This document shows, one piece after another, positions 1 through 8,749 of a stretch of 64,000 bases of DNA (within the stretch, counting starts at the first letter, position 1; each line of letters begins with the position of its first letter). A program made the translations under genes and the position numbers. Where the stretch lies: contig JBDRJQ010000028.1 of assembly GCA_043814765.1 (NCBI GenBank), forward strand, positions 34,055-98,054. Direction: 5' to 3'. Under the pieces are notes generated by a model. The model saw only the letters and a list, made by a program, of their open reading frames with translations, searched no databases and was not told the DNA's origin. The stretch comes from Nanobdellota archaeon. GTDB lineage: Archaea; Aenigmatarchaeota; Aenigmatarchaeia; QMZP01.

Positions 1-133
1 GACATGATCTCCTCTTTTTGTTAACAGATGATCCTTGCACTTCATAATAAGTGTTAGGTTTAAGTGATTCGTGTTTTCTGCCTTTTCTCTGCTTCTTGCC
101 CTTTCTTACAGCTTTTTTTTGTTTTTTACCCAT
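1..133 (-). CDS. rps27ae: 30S ribosomal protein S27ae (runs off the window edge)
   Basis: Manual translation MGKKQKKAVRKGKKQRKGRKHESLKPNTYYEVQGSSVNKKRRSC...; the YYEV..(R)RxC start of the S27ae zinc ribbon, downstream of rps24e as in the usual operon. Confidence 0.85.
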   Translation of the reverse strand, partial: MGKKQKKAVRKGKKQRKGRKHESLKPNTYYEVQGSSVNKKRRSC

Positions 134-227
134 ATATCTAATTACCTGTCCACTCTATTAACATCACAAAGGCGACCATATTCAAACAATATTAGCCGTC
201 AACTATTATAACGCGCTATTAGCATTA

Positions 228-560
228 TTAATGCTTTTTATCCTTCTTTTTTGTTTTTGGAGTACTTAAACTTTTCTCTCTCAGGCCTGCTTCCTTTACT
301 TTTTCAATTGAATAGCCTTTCTTTTCTTCACTTATTTTCATTGGTTTTTTGAAAAAATAGTAAATAATAGCTCCCAGCATCATAGCTGCATAGATTATTG
401 CCCATATCACTAGGAAGGCAAATATCAATGCTAGAATCCCTATTGCAAACAAGAGTATGATAGGCCAGAAGAGAAAAAATATTACACCTGTTATCGCTAA
501 AGCTATTATGCCAAACAAGAAAAGTCCTGTTAGTTTGAATATGTATTTTTTTTCTGGCAT
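228..560 (-). CDS. hypothetical membrane protein
   Basis: Long hydrophobic N-terminal stretch, basic tail, coupled to the upstream ORF. Confidence 0.7.
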   Translation of the reverse strand: MPEKKYIFKLTGLFLFGIIALAITGVIFFLFWPIILLFAIGILALIFAFLVIWAIIYAAMMLGAIIYYFFKKPMKISEEKKGYSIEKVKEAGLREKSLSTPKTKKKDKKH

Positions 561-1300
561 TATCTTCTGCCTCCCATCATTGAACCGATTATAGCGCCTG
601 CAGCGACTCCTCCGGCTGCACCGCCTGTTTTTGGCAAGTATTCTGCCAATTTACCTGCTAGCTCATTAACTGGCATGCTCTGAACCCATACGCGCCCAGG
701 ACCTGTTATAGTGGCAAGGAATAATCCTTCTCCTCCCCATATTATGTTTTTAACGCCTTTTACGCGCTCTACATCATAATCCATGCCTTCATCAAACATG
801 GCCAAATTGCCTGTGTCAACCCTTATTTTTTGTCCAGCTTTTAGCTTCATCTCTGTAACTTCTCCGCCAACATTAAAGAAGACTTGTCCAGGACCTTTTA
901 TTTTAACCAATATAAGCCCCTCTCCACCGAGTAACCCAGCTCCTATTCTCTTTGTGAATGTCGCATCAAAAGTAACGCTTTCCTCTGAACATAAGAAGGC
1001 ATCCTTTTGGGCTATTATGGTTTCACCATTCTTCATTTTCATTGGTATTATTTTACCAGGAAACTCAGTGCCAAATCCCATTGTGCCAGGACCTGCTTGC
1101 GGTGTGAAATGAACAAGAAAGAAAGACTCTCCTGCAAACTTTCTTTTCAGGCCTGCGAAAAGTCCGCCTTTGGCTTTGGTCTCCATTTTAACATTATCTG
1201 ACATATAGACGAGTCTTCCAGACTCAGAAACAATAGTTTCATTTTGTGCAAGTTCCACATTCAGCATCTGCATTGTGGTGCCCTGCAAATCGTATTTCAT
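560..1300 (-). CDS. AIM24 / TIGR00266 family protein
   Basis: GESFF, AQKDAFLC, GGEGL, VDTG and GPGRVWVQSMP motifs. Confidence 0.9.
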   Translation of the reverse strand: MKYDLQGTTMQMLNVELAQNETIVSESGRLVYMSDNVKMETKAKGGLFAGLKRKFAGESFFLVHFTPQAGPGTMGFGTEFPGKIIPMKMKNGETIIAQKDAFLCSEESVTFDATFTKRIGAGLLGGEGLILVKIKGPGQVFFNVGGEVTEMKLKAGQKIRVDTGNLAMFDEGMDYDVERVKGVKNIIWGGEGLFLATITGPGRVWVQSMPVNELAGKLAEYLPKTGGAAGGVAAGAIIGSMMGGRR

Positions 1301-1303
1301 TTG

Positions 1304-1810
1304 CTATCCACCTTCTTCTTTAGGAATTTCAGCTGGTTTTTCTTCTTTGGGTTGAACCTTTTCTAAAGGTTCATTTTCTAAATGCTGCTTTGGAGCAACT
1401 TCAGGTTTTGCCTTGCCCTTGCTTGTGCGTTTTTCTAGCTTATCAAGCTTGAATTTAGGTATGTCTTTTTTGTCTTTGTAAACAAGAACCCTAACCTTTG
1501 ATTCTGCTCTGCCACGATCAGAAAATATCTTCTCTATAAGAATTACATCTTCGTTTATTTTCAAAACCTTTACTATTTCTTTGGTTAAATTAACACGTGT
1601 AGGTGTGGACTGTGAATTATGAGCAACTTGAATGATAAATTCTGTCCTCTTCATTAAAGGATTTTTTCTTTCAGAGACTATATCAAGTTTGTAACCTAAT
1701 TTTGGTCTTGGTTTTTCTTTTTTTACTTCTGCCTTTTCTATCTTAGGAGCCTCTTCAGTAGGTTTTTCCTCTTCAGGTGCTTTCTCTACTTTGGGTTTAT
1801 CGTCTGGCAT
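1304..1810 (-). CDS. rps24e: 30S ribosomal protein S24e with charged N- and C-terminal extensions
   Basis: NPLMKRTE...H...TPTR core; position after rpoE genes. Confidence 0.85.
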   Translation of the reverse strand: MPDDKPKVEKAPEEEKPTEEAPKIEKAEVKKEKPRPKLGYKLDIVSERKNPLMKRTEFIIQVAHNSQSTPTRVNLTKEIVKVLKINEDVILIEKIFSDRGRAESKVRVLVYKDKKDIPKFKLDKLEKRTSKGKAKPEVAPKQHLENEPLEKVQPKEEKPAEIPKEEGG

Positions 1811-1852
1811 AACAAGAATATTGTATAGTGGGTTTTTAAAGGTTAAATTGAT

Positions 1853-2902
1853 CTATTTTCCCTTTACAATTTTTCTCACAGGCCATGATATTTCTATCTT
1901 TTCCTTATCGAAGCGTTTTTTCAGGGCCTTTATGAATTCGTGCGTAATTAGGTATTTCTTTGTGAATTCTTCTACTCGCAGAATTACAGAAAAATCTATA
2001 TTAGAATCTCCAAAATTATTGAATCTTACCATAGGTTCATGGTCTTTTACAGCTCCATCAACTGTTTTTTGCATTTCATTAGCAACTTCCAAAGTTACTT
2101 TCTCTACCTTGTAAAGATCTTCAGTATAAGCAACGCCACATTTTATTATTACAGATGTTGGTTTTGAAGGTAGTGTATTGTTTATTATTGTACTGTCTGC
2201 AAGCTTACCGTTCGGGACTATTATGGAAACATTGCCCATTGTTCTGATTCTGGTGGATCTCCATCCTATCTCTTCAACAAATCCCTTTGTGTTAGCATCA
2301 AGTTCAATGTAGTCTCCTACATTTATTGGCCTGTCAGACACTATGTGAATGCCTGCAAAGAAGTTTGACAACGTATCCTGGAGAGCCAAACCAATTGCTA
2401 TGCCACCAACACCAAGTGCTGCTATTGCTCCTGTGAGATCTGCTCCAAAACGGCCCATTATAACAAACAATGCAACTATGTAAATTATTAAAATAATCAC
2501 CTTGTTTAGGATGTTTGGGGTGTTCTGAACTCCTGTCTTTACATGAAGCCCTTTACCTACAAATATTCTTACTATCCTTGATACAACTAGAGCAATCAAA
2601 AGAATGTAAATTATGTAAAAACTATCAGATATTAATTGCTGGTATGATGAGAAAATACTCAAAATTCCAAGACCCATTTGAAAACCAAACAGTGTTATAG
2701 ATATTAATATTGGCTTTCTAACTGCAGCTATTATCTTGTCATCTATGTCTGTTTTGGTTTTTCCTGTGAGCTTGCTTAGTGTTCTAATAACAGCAAACTG
2801 AACTATCTTAGAACCGATAATTGCTGCTATTAAAATTATAATAAAAGTTAGATACTCTTGACCTATCATGGTTTGTAGGTCTCCTAAGAATTCAAACACC
2901 AT
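1853..2902 (-). CDS. mscS: MscS-family mechanosensitive channel
   Basis: GLALQDTLSNFFAG, GDYIEL, IGWRSTRIR, VPNGKL motifs. Confidence 0.95.
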   Translation of the reverse strand: MVFEFLGDLQTMIGQEYLTFIIILIAAIIGSKIVQFAVIRTLSKLTGKTKTDIDDKIIAAVRKPILISITLFGFQMGLGILSIFSSYQQLISDSFYIIYILLIALVVSRIVRIFVGKGLHVKTGVQNTPNILNKVIILIIYIVALFVIMGRFGADLTGAIAALGVGGIAIGLALQDTLSNFFAGIHIVSDRPINVGDYIELDANTKGFVEEIGWRSTRIRTMGNVSIIVPNGKLADSTIINNTLPSKPTSVIIKCGVAYTEDLYKVEKVTLEVANEMQKTVDGAVKDHEPMVRFNNFGDSNIDFSVILRVEEFTKKYLITHEFIKALKKRFDKEKIEISWPVRKIVKGK

Positions 2903-2906
2903 AATA

Positions 2907-3098
2907 TCACTTCACCCAAATGGAGTATTTTCCTTTATGGGTTATGCCAAGATATTGTGCAACTTCAGAGTTAGCAGGATCCTTTATGAAAATTATACCT
3001 TTCCAGCTTCTGGAAAAGTTTGCCTGATTGCATGTAGGGCATACAGTACCCTTAACAAATCTTTTGCAGTTTCTGCAAACCTTTTCTTTTGTGCTCAT
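2907..3098 (-). CDS. spt4: transcription elongation factor Spt4 (RpoE'')
   Basis: CRNC...CPTC zinc ribbon, WKGIIFI.DP..SEVA. Confidence 0.95.
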   Translation of the reverse strand: MSTKEKVCRNCKRFVKGTVCPTCNQANFSRSWKGIIFIKDPANSEVAQYLGITHKGKYSIWVK

Positions 3099-3099
3099 A

Positions 3100-3699
3100 T
3101 TATTTATCCCCTAACTTTCTTTCAGATTTTCGTCCGCTCTTCATTCTTACTGTTTTTTCTTCATGAACTGTTTTTCTGTCCTTCCAATCAATTCCTCCAA
3201 GTCCCTGTTGCCTTGTTGTTAAACCAATCTTGTATTCCTTTCCTGTACTGGAAACTGATATGATTCTGGCTGTTACAGAATCCCCTTCTTTTAGTATGTT
3301 GTGTGTGTCTCTTCCGATAAAAACAGCTTTTTTTGGATCATATGAAACAAAATCATCCATTAGTTGTGATACGTGTATCATGCCGTCAAGAGGTCCTATT
3401 CTGACAAAAACACCGAATTCTGTTACATCTATTACAAAACCCTTTACTATTTCATGCATGTCTGGTTCGTAAGACAGTAACCTGAAATCCACTGGATAGT
3501 GTATTGCTCCGTCTCCTGCTAGTATCTTTCCTTCACCAACCTCTTTTATTGATACTATGGATAATGCTACGCCAATATCCTTTTCTATTGTGCCTTCCCA
3601 CTTGTCTTCAAGGCTGCTCTTTACAGCGTTTTCTAAACCAAGGCTAAACTTTACAGGCGGTACCCTGACTTTGTCCTTTATAGTTAATATCTTGTACAT
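3100..3699 (-). CDS. rpoE1: RNA polymerase subunit E' (Rpo7)
   Basis: VRVPP, GDGAIH and S1 domain FGVFVRIGPLDGMIHVSQ; start moved to MYKIL, which follows a GAGGT SD. Confidence 0.95.
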   Translation of the reverse strand: MYKILTIKDKVRVPPVKFSLGLENAVKSSLEDKWEGTIEKDIGVALSIVSIKEVGEGKILAGDGAIHYPVDFRLLSYEPDMHEIVKGFVIDVTEFGVFVRIGPLDGMIHVSQLMDDFVSYDPKKAVFIGRDTHNILKEGDSVTARIISVSSTGKEYKIGLTTRQQGLGGIDWKDRKTVHEEKTVRMKSGRKSERKLGDK

Positions 3700-3829
3700 A
3701 CAATAAAACCTCATCTCTTTATTCTTATAGCTTCTATATAAAGCTATAAAAATTAATATATATAATTTGCTTTATGATACTTATAAAATCGCTGTATGAT
3801 GCTCATTATAAGGCTATGGGGGGGATACT

Positions 3830-4066
3830 ATGGAAGTAACTGTTTATTCAACACAAACCTGTCCGTACTGTCATATGGTCAAGGATTTCTTGAAAAAACA
3901 CAACATAAAATTTAATGACGTTGATGTTTCTCAGGATCAGGAAAAAGCAAAAGAAATGATAGAGAAATCTGGTCAAATGGGAGTACCTGTAACAGAAATT
4001 AATGGTAAGATAATAATAGGTTTTAACCAGGATGCACTTAAAGAGGCACTAGGGATCAAAGATTAA
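3830..4066 (+). CDS. glutaredoxin / NrdH-redoxin
   Basis: CPYC active site, SGQMGVPV cis-Pro motif. Confidence 0.93.
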   Translation: MEVTVYSTQTCPYCHMVKDFLKKHNIKFNDVDVSQDQEKAKEMIEKSGQMGVPVTEINGKIIIGFNQDALKEALGIKD

Positions 4067-4170
4067 CTTTATAAACTCTCTAATGCTAAATACAGAAATA
4101 ACATAGAGAAATAAACCATATTGATAATGAATTTCTTTATGTTGTTAATAAAATAGGAGATAAGAAAAAT

Positions 4171-4341
4171 ATGAGAGATGGAGACAGAGATAGACGTGGT
4201 GAACGAAATTTCGGTGGACCAAGAGAAATGCATAAAGCCACTTGTTCCGAATGCGGAAAGGAATGCGAAGTTCCTTTTAAGCCAGTAGAAGGAAGACCCG
4301 TTTTTTGCAGAGAATGTTTTGCTAAGAAAAGAGGACATTAA
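4171..4341 (+). CDS. CxxC-x17-CxxC domain small protein (56 aa, absent from ORF track)
   Basis: MRDGDRDRRGERNFGGPREMHKATCSECGKECEVPFKPVEGRPVFCRECFAKKRGH; AGGAG upstream. Confidence 0.9.
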   Translation: MRDGDRDRRGERNFGGPREMHKATCSECGKECEVPFKPVEGRPVFCRECFAKKRGH

Positions 4342-4506
4342 TTTTAAAGACTTACTTTGATTAGTAAATTTTTATTAAATATTTAGTCCTTAGAAGCATT
4401 GAGGCAATCTCTTGTAAGACTTCAATTATTTATTTTTTAAACAAAAACAGGCCTAGCGATAATGAAATATATAAAAATAAATAAGGGAACAAAAAATGGT
4501 TCCCAA

Positions 4507-4692
4507 TTATTTTTTCTTTGATTTTTTTTCACAGTATTTGCATTTTACACCAGTCCATGTTACAGCCAATATGACGATTGCAAGTATAGCCATAATCCAC
4601 TGAACTGCTGCCGCACCAACCAAATCTGGTAAGAACGTAAATACAAGAATCAATACTGCGATTATTGTTAATATCCAATTAGCGCATGTCAT
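4507..4692 (-). CDS. small two-TM membrane protein with C-terminal CxxC
   Basis: MTCANW...CKYCEKK; start trimmed because the longer ORF overlaps the tRNA. Confidence 0.6.
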   Translation of the reverse strand: MTCANWILTIIAVLILVFTFLPDLVGAAAVQWIMAILAIVILAVTWTGVKCKYCEKKSKKK

Positions 4693-4725
4693 AACAATTA
4701 CTGGTAAAGGATTAATAAAAAGAAA

Positions 4726-4919
4726 AGCCTCGGGAGGGATTGTCATAAACCCTTTTCATGCTCTGGAAGCGCGTGCGCTCCTTTTGGATTAAACCTTTTC
4801 TGAAAAAGGTTTATATTGAACCCCCAACCTTCTGATCTCATGAAGTCATAGCCTAAAAAGGCTCTTCAGATCAGTTGACTTTTACAAGTCAGATGCTCTA
4901 CCGATTGAGCTACCGAGGC
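4726..4919 (-). tRNA. trnT: tRNA-Thr(UGU) with two introns (37/38 and T-loop, best fit 59/60)
   Basis: Exons join to GCCTCGG TA GCTCAATCGGTAGAGC A TCTGA CTTGTAA TCAGA AGGTT GGGGG TTCAATT CCCTC CCGAGGC T; both junctions form relaxed bulge-helix-bulge motifs. Confidence 0.9.
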
Positions 4920-4970
4920 ATACACATTTGTTGTTAATTGGTATTTTAATTCTTTTCTATAATAATAAAC

Positions 4971-5354
4971 ATGGTTATTAGTGAAATAGTGGGTATGTTC
5001 ACTCAAATTGCACAGCTGAATATAGTACTGCTTTTAGCACTTCTTTTTATATTTGTTTTTGTAGCCTACAAGCTCCTGAAAGTTTTAATGAAAGCAATGA
5101 TTTTCGGTGTTTTAGGCGCTGTATTTCCGTTCTTTGCGACTTATGTTGGAATCAGCATTCCGTTAACAATCACAAACATTATATGGTTTGCATTGCTAGG
5201 AGTAATGGCATACATAATGTACGCTATTCTTATGGGCGGTGTAAAAACATTAAAGCTTGTTACCAGCCCTTTCAGGGGAATGTTCAAAACTAAGCATAAA
5301 GAGAAAATAATAATACGCGAGCAGGTTCCGGTTGAAAGGAAAAAGAGACGTTAA
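4971..5354 (+). CDS. hypothetical membrane protein
   Basis: Three hydrophobic segments, basic tail. Confidence 0.7.
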   Translation: MVISEIVGMFTQIAQLNIVLLLALLFIFVFVAYKLLKVLMKAMIFGVLGAVFPFFATYVGISIPLTITNIIWFALLGVMAYIMYAILMGGVKTLKLVTSPFRGMFKTKHKEKIIIREQVPVERKKRR

Positions 5355-5355
5355 T

Positions 5356-6003
5356 TTAAACTATAGGACCAAGACCAGAACCGCTGTTTGCTCCGGATTG
5401 GTTTGCTGGATACGGCTCAATAAGTTCTTCTTTCTTGAAATCTGTTCCTCTTTGCAGTTTTATCAGTGCATAGAGATTGAATTTGTTTAAAATCATGTTA
5501 GTCATGTTAGTGTCTGTTCCATCAAATATCAGAGTCATGTTGAATGTGAGTGGTGTTGTGCCGTTTGCTATTTCAAATTCTGCTGACTTGGTTTCATTAA
5601 ATGTAACATTAATATCTTGTGAAGTCTCGTTTGCTGTTACATTAACAGTGACATTATAGTCCAAAAAGTTGCCTATGCTAACATTCAAAGTGTATGTGGC
5701 CAGATTTTGATCAAAATCAACATTATCCGTAACAACCCATAGAGTTGAAAAATTTAGAAAATACAGCGATTCATCCAAATAACGGGTGAAATTGCTTAGC
5801 ACCTCAATAGGCCTGCTCTCATTTATTCCAAGATTAAGCGCATATGAGAGTTCGGTTTCTATGTTTTCATGTATATAGCCCAGATCCCCTGTCTCAGGAT
5901 AAATAAAAGGCTTCCCAAACTGCAGTCCGATATAAAACATAGTTATGATTATAAACGCTCCCAAAAGGAAGAACTGCCCTTTCATTTTTTTATTTCGCAT
6001 CAT
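5356..6003 (-). CDS. pilin-like protein (class III signal peptide)
   Basis: KKMKG/QFFLLGAFIII prepilin-like N-terminus, many N-x-S/T sequons. Confidence 0.6.
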   Translation of the reverse strand: MMRNKKMKGQFFLLGAFIIITMFYIGLQFGKPFIYPETGDLGYIHENIETELSYALNLGINESRPIEVLSNFTRYLDESLYFLNFSTLWVVTDNVDFDQNLATYTLNVSIGNFLDYNVTVNVTANETSQDINVTFNETKSAEFEIANGTTPLTFNMTLIFDGTDTNMTNMILNKFNLYALIKLQRGTDFKKEELIEPYPANQSGANSGSGLGPIV

Positions 6004-6005
6004 TT

Positions 6006-6374
6006 TTACCAAATAAACAATCTAACTGTATGCGGAGAATATGCTTTATAGCCGCTTATAACATAAGTGCCTACCCACACATTGCTTGCGTTTGGTGTTG
6101 AACCAACACAGGTGTTTTCATAGTCGCATATCTGAATGCTGTGATTATATCTGTAAAGGATAACATTGTTGTTAATAGCATTGTAATTGCTGTTGACAGC
6201 GTTCTCTCTTAGAAGCTCACGATTGTCCAAACTTCTCAAAAGATTGTAAGCTGTTTCATCTAAATCTTCTGGAGCAGTTGAAAGATCCTGCTGCTGAAAA
6301 CTTATTACTAAAAGAAACGTGATAATAGTAATTGCTGCTATAAAAACTTCAAGTGTGTAAAGATAACCCCGCAT
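6006..6374 (-). CDS. pilin-like protein (class III signal peptide)
   Basis: MRG/YLYTLEVFIAAITII N-terminus followed by a hydrophobic helix. Confidence 0.6.
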   Translation of the reverse strand: MRGYLYTLEVFIAAITIITFLLVISFQQQDLSTAPEDLDETAYNLLRSLDNRELLRENAVNSNYNAINNNVILYRYNHSIQICDYENTCVGSTPNASNVWVGTYVISGYKAYSPHTVRLFIW

Positions 6375-6438
6375 AAATTATATTTGGTTGGACCGGAATA
6401 AAAATCGAAAGTTATCCATCACTTAAGTGAGGATGTTT

Positions 6439-7455
6439 TTAAACTTTAAATCTGGTAAGTGCTGCAATACCGCCAATGTTCAATAACTTCTCTCCGCTTT
6501 CATGTCCTGACGATATTATCATTATTGTCCCCTTTTGCTGTTCTGCTCTTACCATGAAGTCTTCATACAGTTCCAGTTTTTCCTGAGAAACAAGCAGCAT
6601 ATCTACAGCTCCTATTACAATTGCTTTTTCAACCTCATTTCTTCCGTAGACTGCGTTGCCATCTGTAGCCATTCTCGTGAACAGGTCCTCAACTATCTCT
6701 GTTTCTGTTGCTATTCGCGTTTCACGGATTACATTGTTAGCAGAGCGCTGGATAACCTCCTGAACACCCCTCATGCCAGTTGTTGAACTGCTGTCTAAAT
6801 GAATCTTCTTTGCAATTTTAGGATTTTTCTCCTTTATGAAATTGAAAAGGTTTTCCCTCTCAAAACCAGGTCCTGCAACAATCACATACTCGTATCCTGA
6901 TTCTATGTACTTTTCCAGAGCATTCATAGTTTCCTTGTAGTAATCTTTGCGTTTTTCATCAGCAAGCCCTTTTTGGGCATGAACTGTTCCAAACCACTCT
7001 ATGCCAGACGACTTCAGAACAGCAAAATTTGCTTCTTCTCTGTCCAGCACGCATATGAGAATAGGTTCTTGCTCCTTCCGCGCTCTGTTTATTCTGTCAA
7101 CATGATGCGGTTTGAATCTGGTTTTTTCTAGATTAACTACCATGTCAGGCTCAAGTGTTATCGTGTGATAGGAATGAAGCTGTATGTCTTCAGGGCCTTT
7201 CTCAATCTGCCCTGAAACCCTGAGCAAATGAACACTTGCATCCCTTTCCATTTTTTCAACTTTTATGGTTAAAATAATTTTTCTTCTTTCTCCCTGGATT
7301 ATCTCTGATCCTCTTTTAATCACTGTTTTTCTAGTAGTCTGAGCAGTGAGCAAATCTCCAGGCTCTATTATTTGCTGCATATGCCAGAGATCATCTACGG
7401 TTTCAATACCAAGCTTAGCAAAATTCGTTTTCAGGTCAAGAGTGAATATTCGCAT
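6439..7455 (-). CDS. pelA: mRNA surveillance protein pelota
   Basis: DDLWH, LRVSG, YHT, AGPGF, GGIAALTRF motifs. Confidence 0.95.
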   Translation of the reverse strand: MRIFTLDLKTNFAKLGIETVDDLWHMQQIIEPGDLLTAQTTRKTVIKRGSEIIQGERRKIILTIKVEKMERDASVHLLRVSGQIEKGPEDIQLHSYHTITLEPDMVVNLEKTRFKPHHVDRINRARKEQEPILICVLDREEANFAVLKSSGIEWFGTVHAQKGLADEKRKDYYKETMNALEKYIESGYEYVIVAGPGFERENLFNFIKEKNPKIAKKIHLDSSSTTGMRGVQEVIQRSANNVIRETRIATETEIVEDLFTRMATDGNAVYGRNEVEKAIVIGAVDMLLVSQEKLELYEDFMVRAEQQKGTIMIISSGHESGEKLLNIGGIAALTRFKV

Positions 7456-7559
7456 AATGATATATTAGATATTTAAAATCTTAAAAGAAAAGATTGTTAT
7501 GGAAAGGTCTTTTGTTTTGAGATTCAGACCTTTTGCATAAATTATGGAGAAAGAGCTAA

Positions 7560-8702
7560 ATGGACGATTTTATGTGGGTTTTAGCAGCCGCATTCCTTAT
7601 TCTTATAGCAATGTTCTTTGTTTCCTTCATTCCTGGCATTGGTTTGACAGGAGGGGAAGATCTAATAGAAGTGGATACTTTTAGAGTAGGTGCTGTTGGC
7701 CGTGTCTCACAATTTCCTACAAGCACTATAGATCTGGGCTCCTTTACAGTTGGTGAAACCCAGACAGAGCTGCTGAAAGCTGTTCCTATGATGACTGTTT
7801 ATTCAGGTTTGGGCGGAGCAGAATCAAAGAAATATGAGATAAACATACCTGAAGGTTTTGGTGATTTAGCAAAAAGGGAAGCAGTTGCAATAAACTTTGA
7901 TGTTTCTGAGAGCAATCTTTATGGAGACCTTGTTGTTAAGTGGAATGGAAAGGAATTCATGAGAAAGAGAGCTTCACCAAGACAGTACACTATAGTTATT
8001 CCAAAGGAATTTGTAAAGGCCTCGAACAACATAGAAATCTATCCAGAGGGGCCTGGCTTGATTTTTTGGGCATCAACAACATACACAATAAAGAACTTTG
8101 ATATTGCATTGAATTATGGACCTTCGAAAATATTCTCATTCCAACTGAATCAGGATGAGATAGAGTCTTGGTTAAAGGGAAGGGTTGATTTCTTTGCAAC
8201 CAGCCAGAGCGGTGAAGCAGCAAGCAAACTGATAATAAAGGTTAACGGAGATGAAATATACTCTGTTAAACCAGATGGCAGCGGTCTTGTAGAGTTTGGA
8301 TACTCTGATGCTCCTATATTACTAGGCGACAACCTGTTAACATTCGCTGCACAGGATGATACCATAATAATGAACGGTGTAAAGCTAAAGATGTTCCTAA
8401 CAACATCAGAGCTTATAAAAACTTTTAACTTCAAAATGGATGATGCTCAAATAAATTTAATCAGTTCTGGAGTATACAAACCAAAAGTCAGGTTCTATAT
8501 AGAACAGATAGCATCAGGCGGAACGCTTGACATAAAAGTTAACGGCAATGCAAGACAGATAAGCGCAATGGTAACAGGGCCAAACAATTTCTATATCCCA
8601 GAATCCTATCTGAGCAATGGAGCCAACATAATAGAGTTCAGTGGCACAGGCAGCTGGTACATAGGCTCAGCAACAATAGAACTGGAAAAAGTTGAAGTGT
8701 GA
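7560..8702 (+). CDS. membrane-anchored beta-rich hypothetical protein
   Basis: N-terminal TM helix; repeated IKVNG-type beta-sandwich segments. Confidence 0.7.
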   Translation: MDDFMWVLAAAFLILIAMFFVSFIPGIGLTGGEDLIEVDTFRVGAVGRVSQFPTSTIDLGSFTVGETQTELLKAVPMMTVYSGLGGAESKKYEINIPEGFGDLAKREAVAINFDVSESNLYGDLVVKWNGKEFMRKRASPRQYTIVIPKEFVKASNNIEIYPEGPGLIFWASTTYTIKNFDIALNYGPSKIFSFQLNQDEIESWLKGRVDFFATSQSGEAASKLIIKVNGDEIYSVKPDGSGLVEFGYSDAPILLGDNLLTFAAQDDTIIMNGVKLKMFLTTSELIKTFNFKMDDAQINLISSGVYKPKVRFYIEQIASGGTLDIKVNGNARQISAMVTGPNNFYIPESYLSNGANIIEFSGTGSWYIGSATIELEKVEV

Positions 8703-8749
8703 TTTGCAACAATTTATACGCTGAGAACTAATTATTAATTAAGAATTTT

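Noticed and set aside
4069..4338. 89-aa minus-strand ORF
   Set aside because: Shadow of the plus-strand CxxC-x17-CxxC gene at 4171..4341
4693..4746. N-terminal extension of ORF 4507..4746
   Set aside because: Overlaps the 3' exon and intron of tRNA-Thr
6418..6429. Palindrome TCACTTAAGTGA after pelota
   Set aside because: Single short occurrence; cannot be distinguished from chance or a simple terminator
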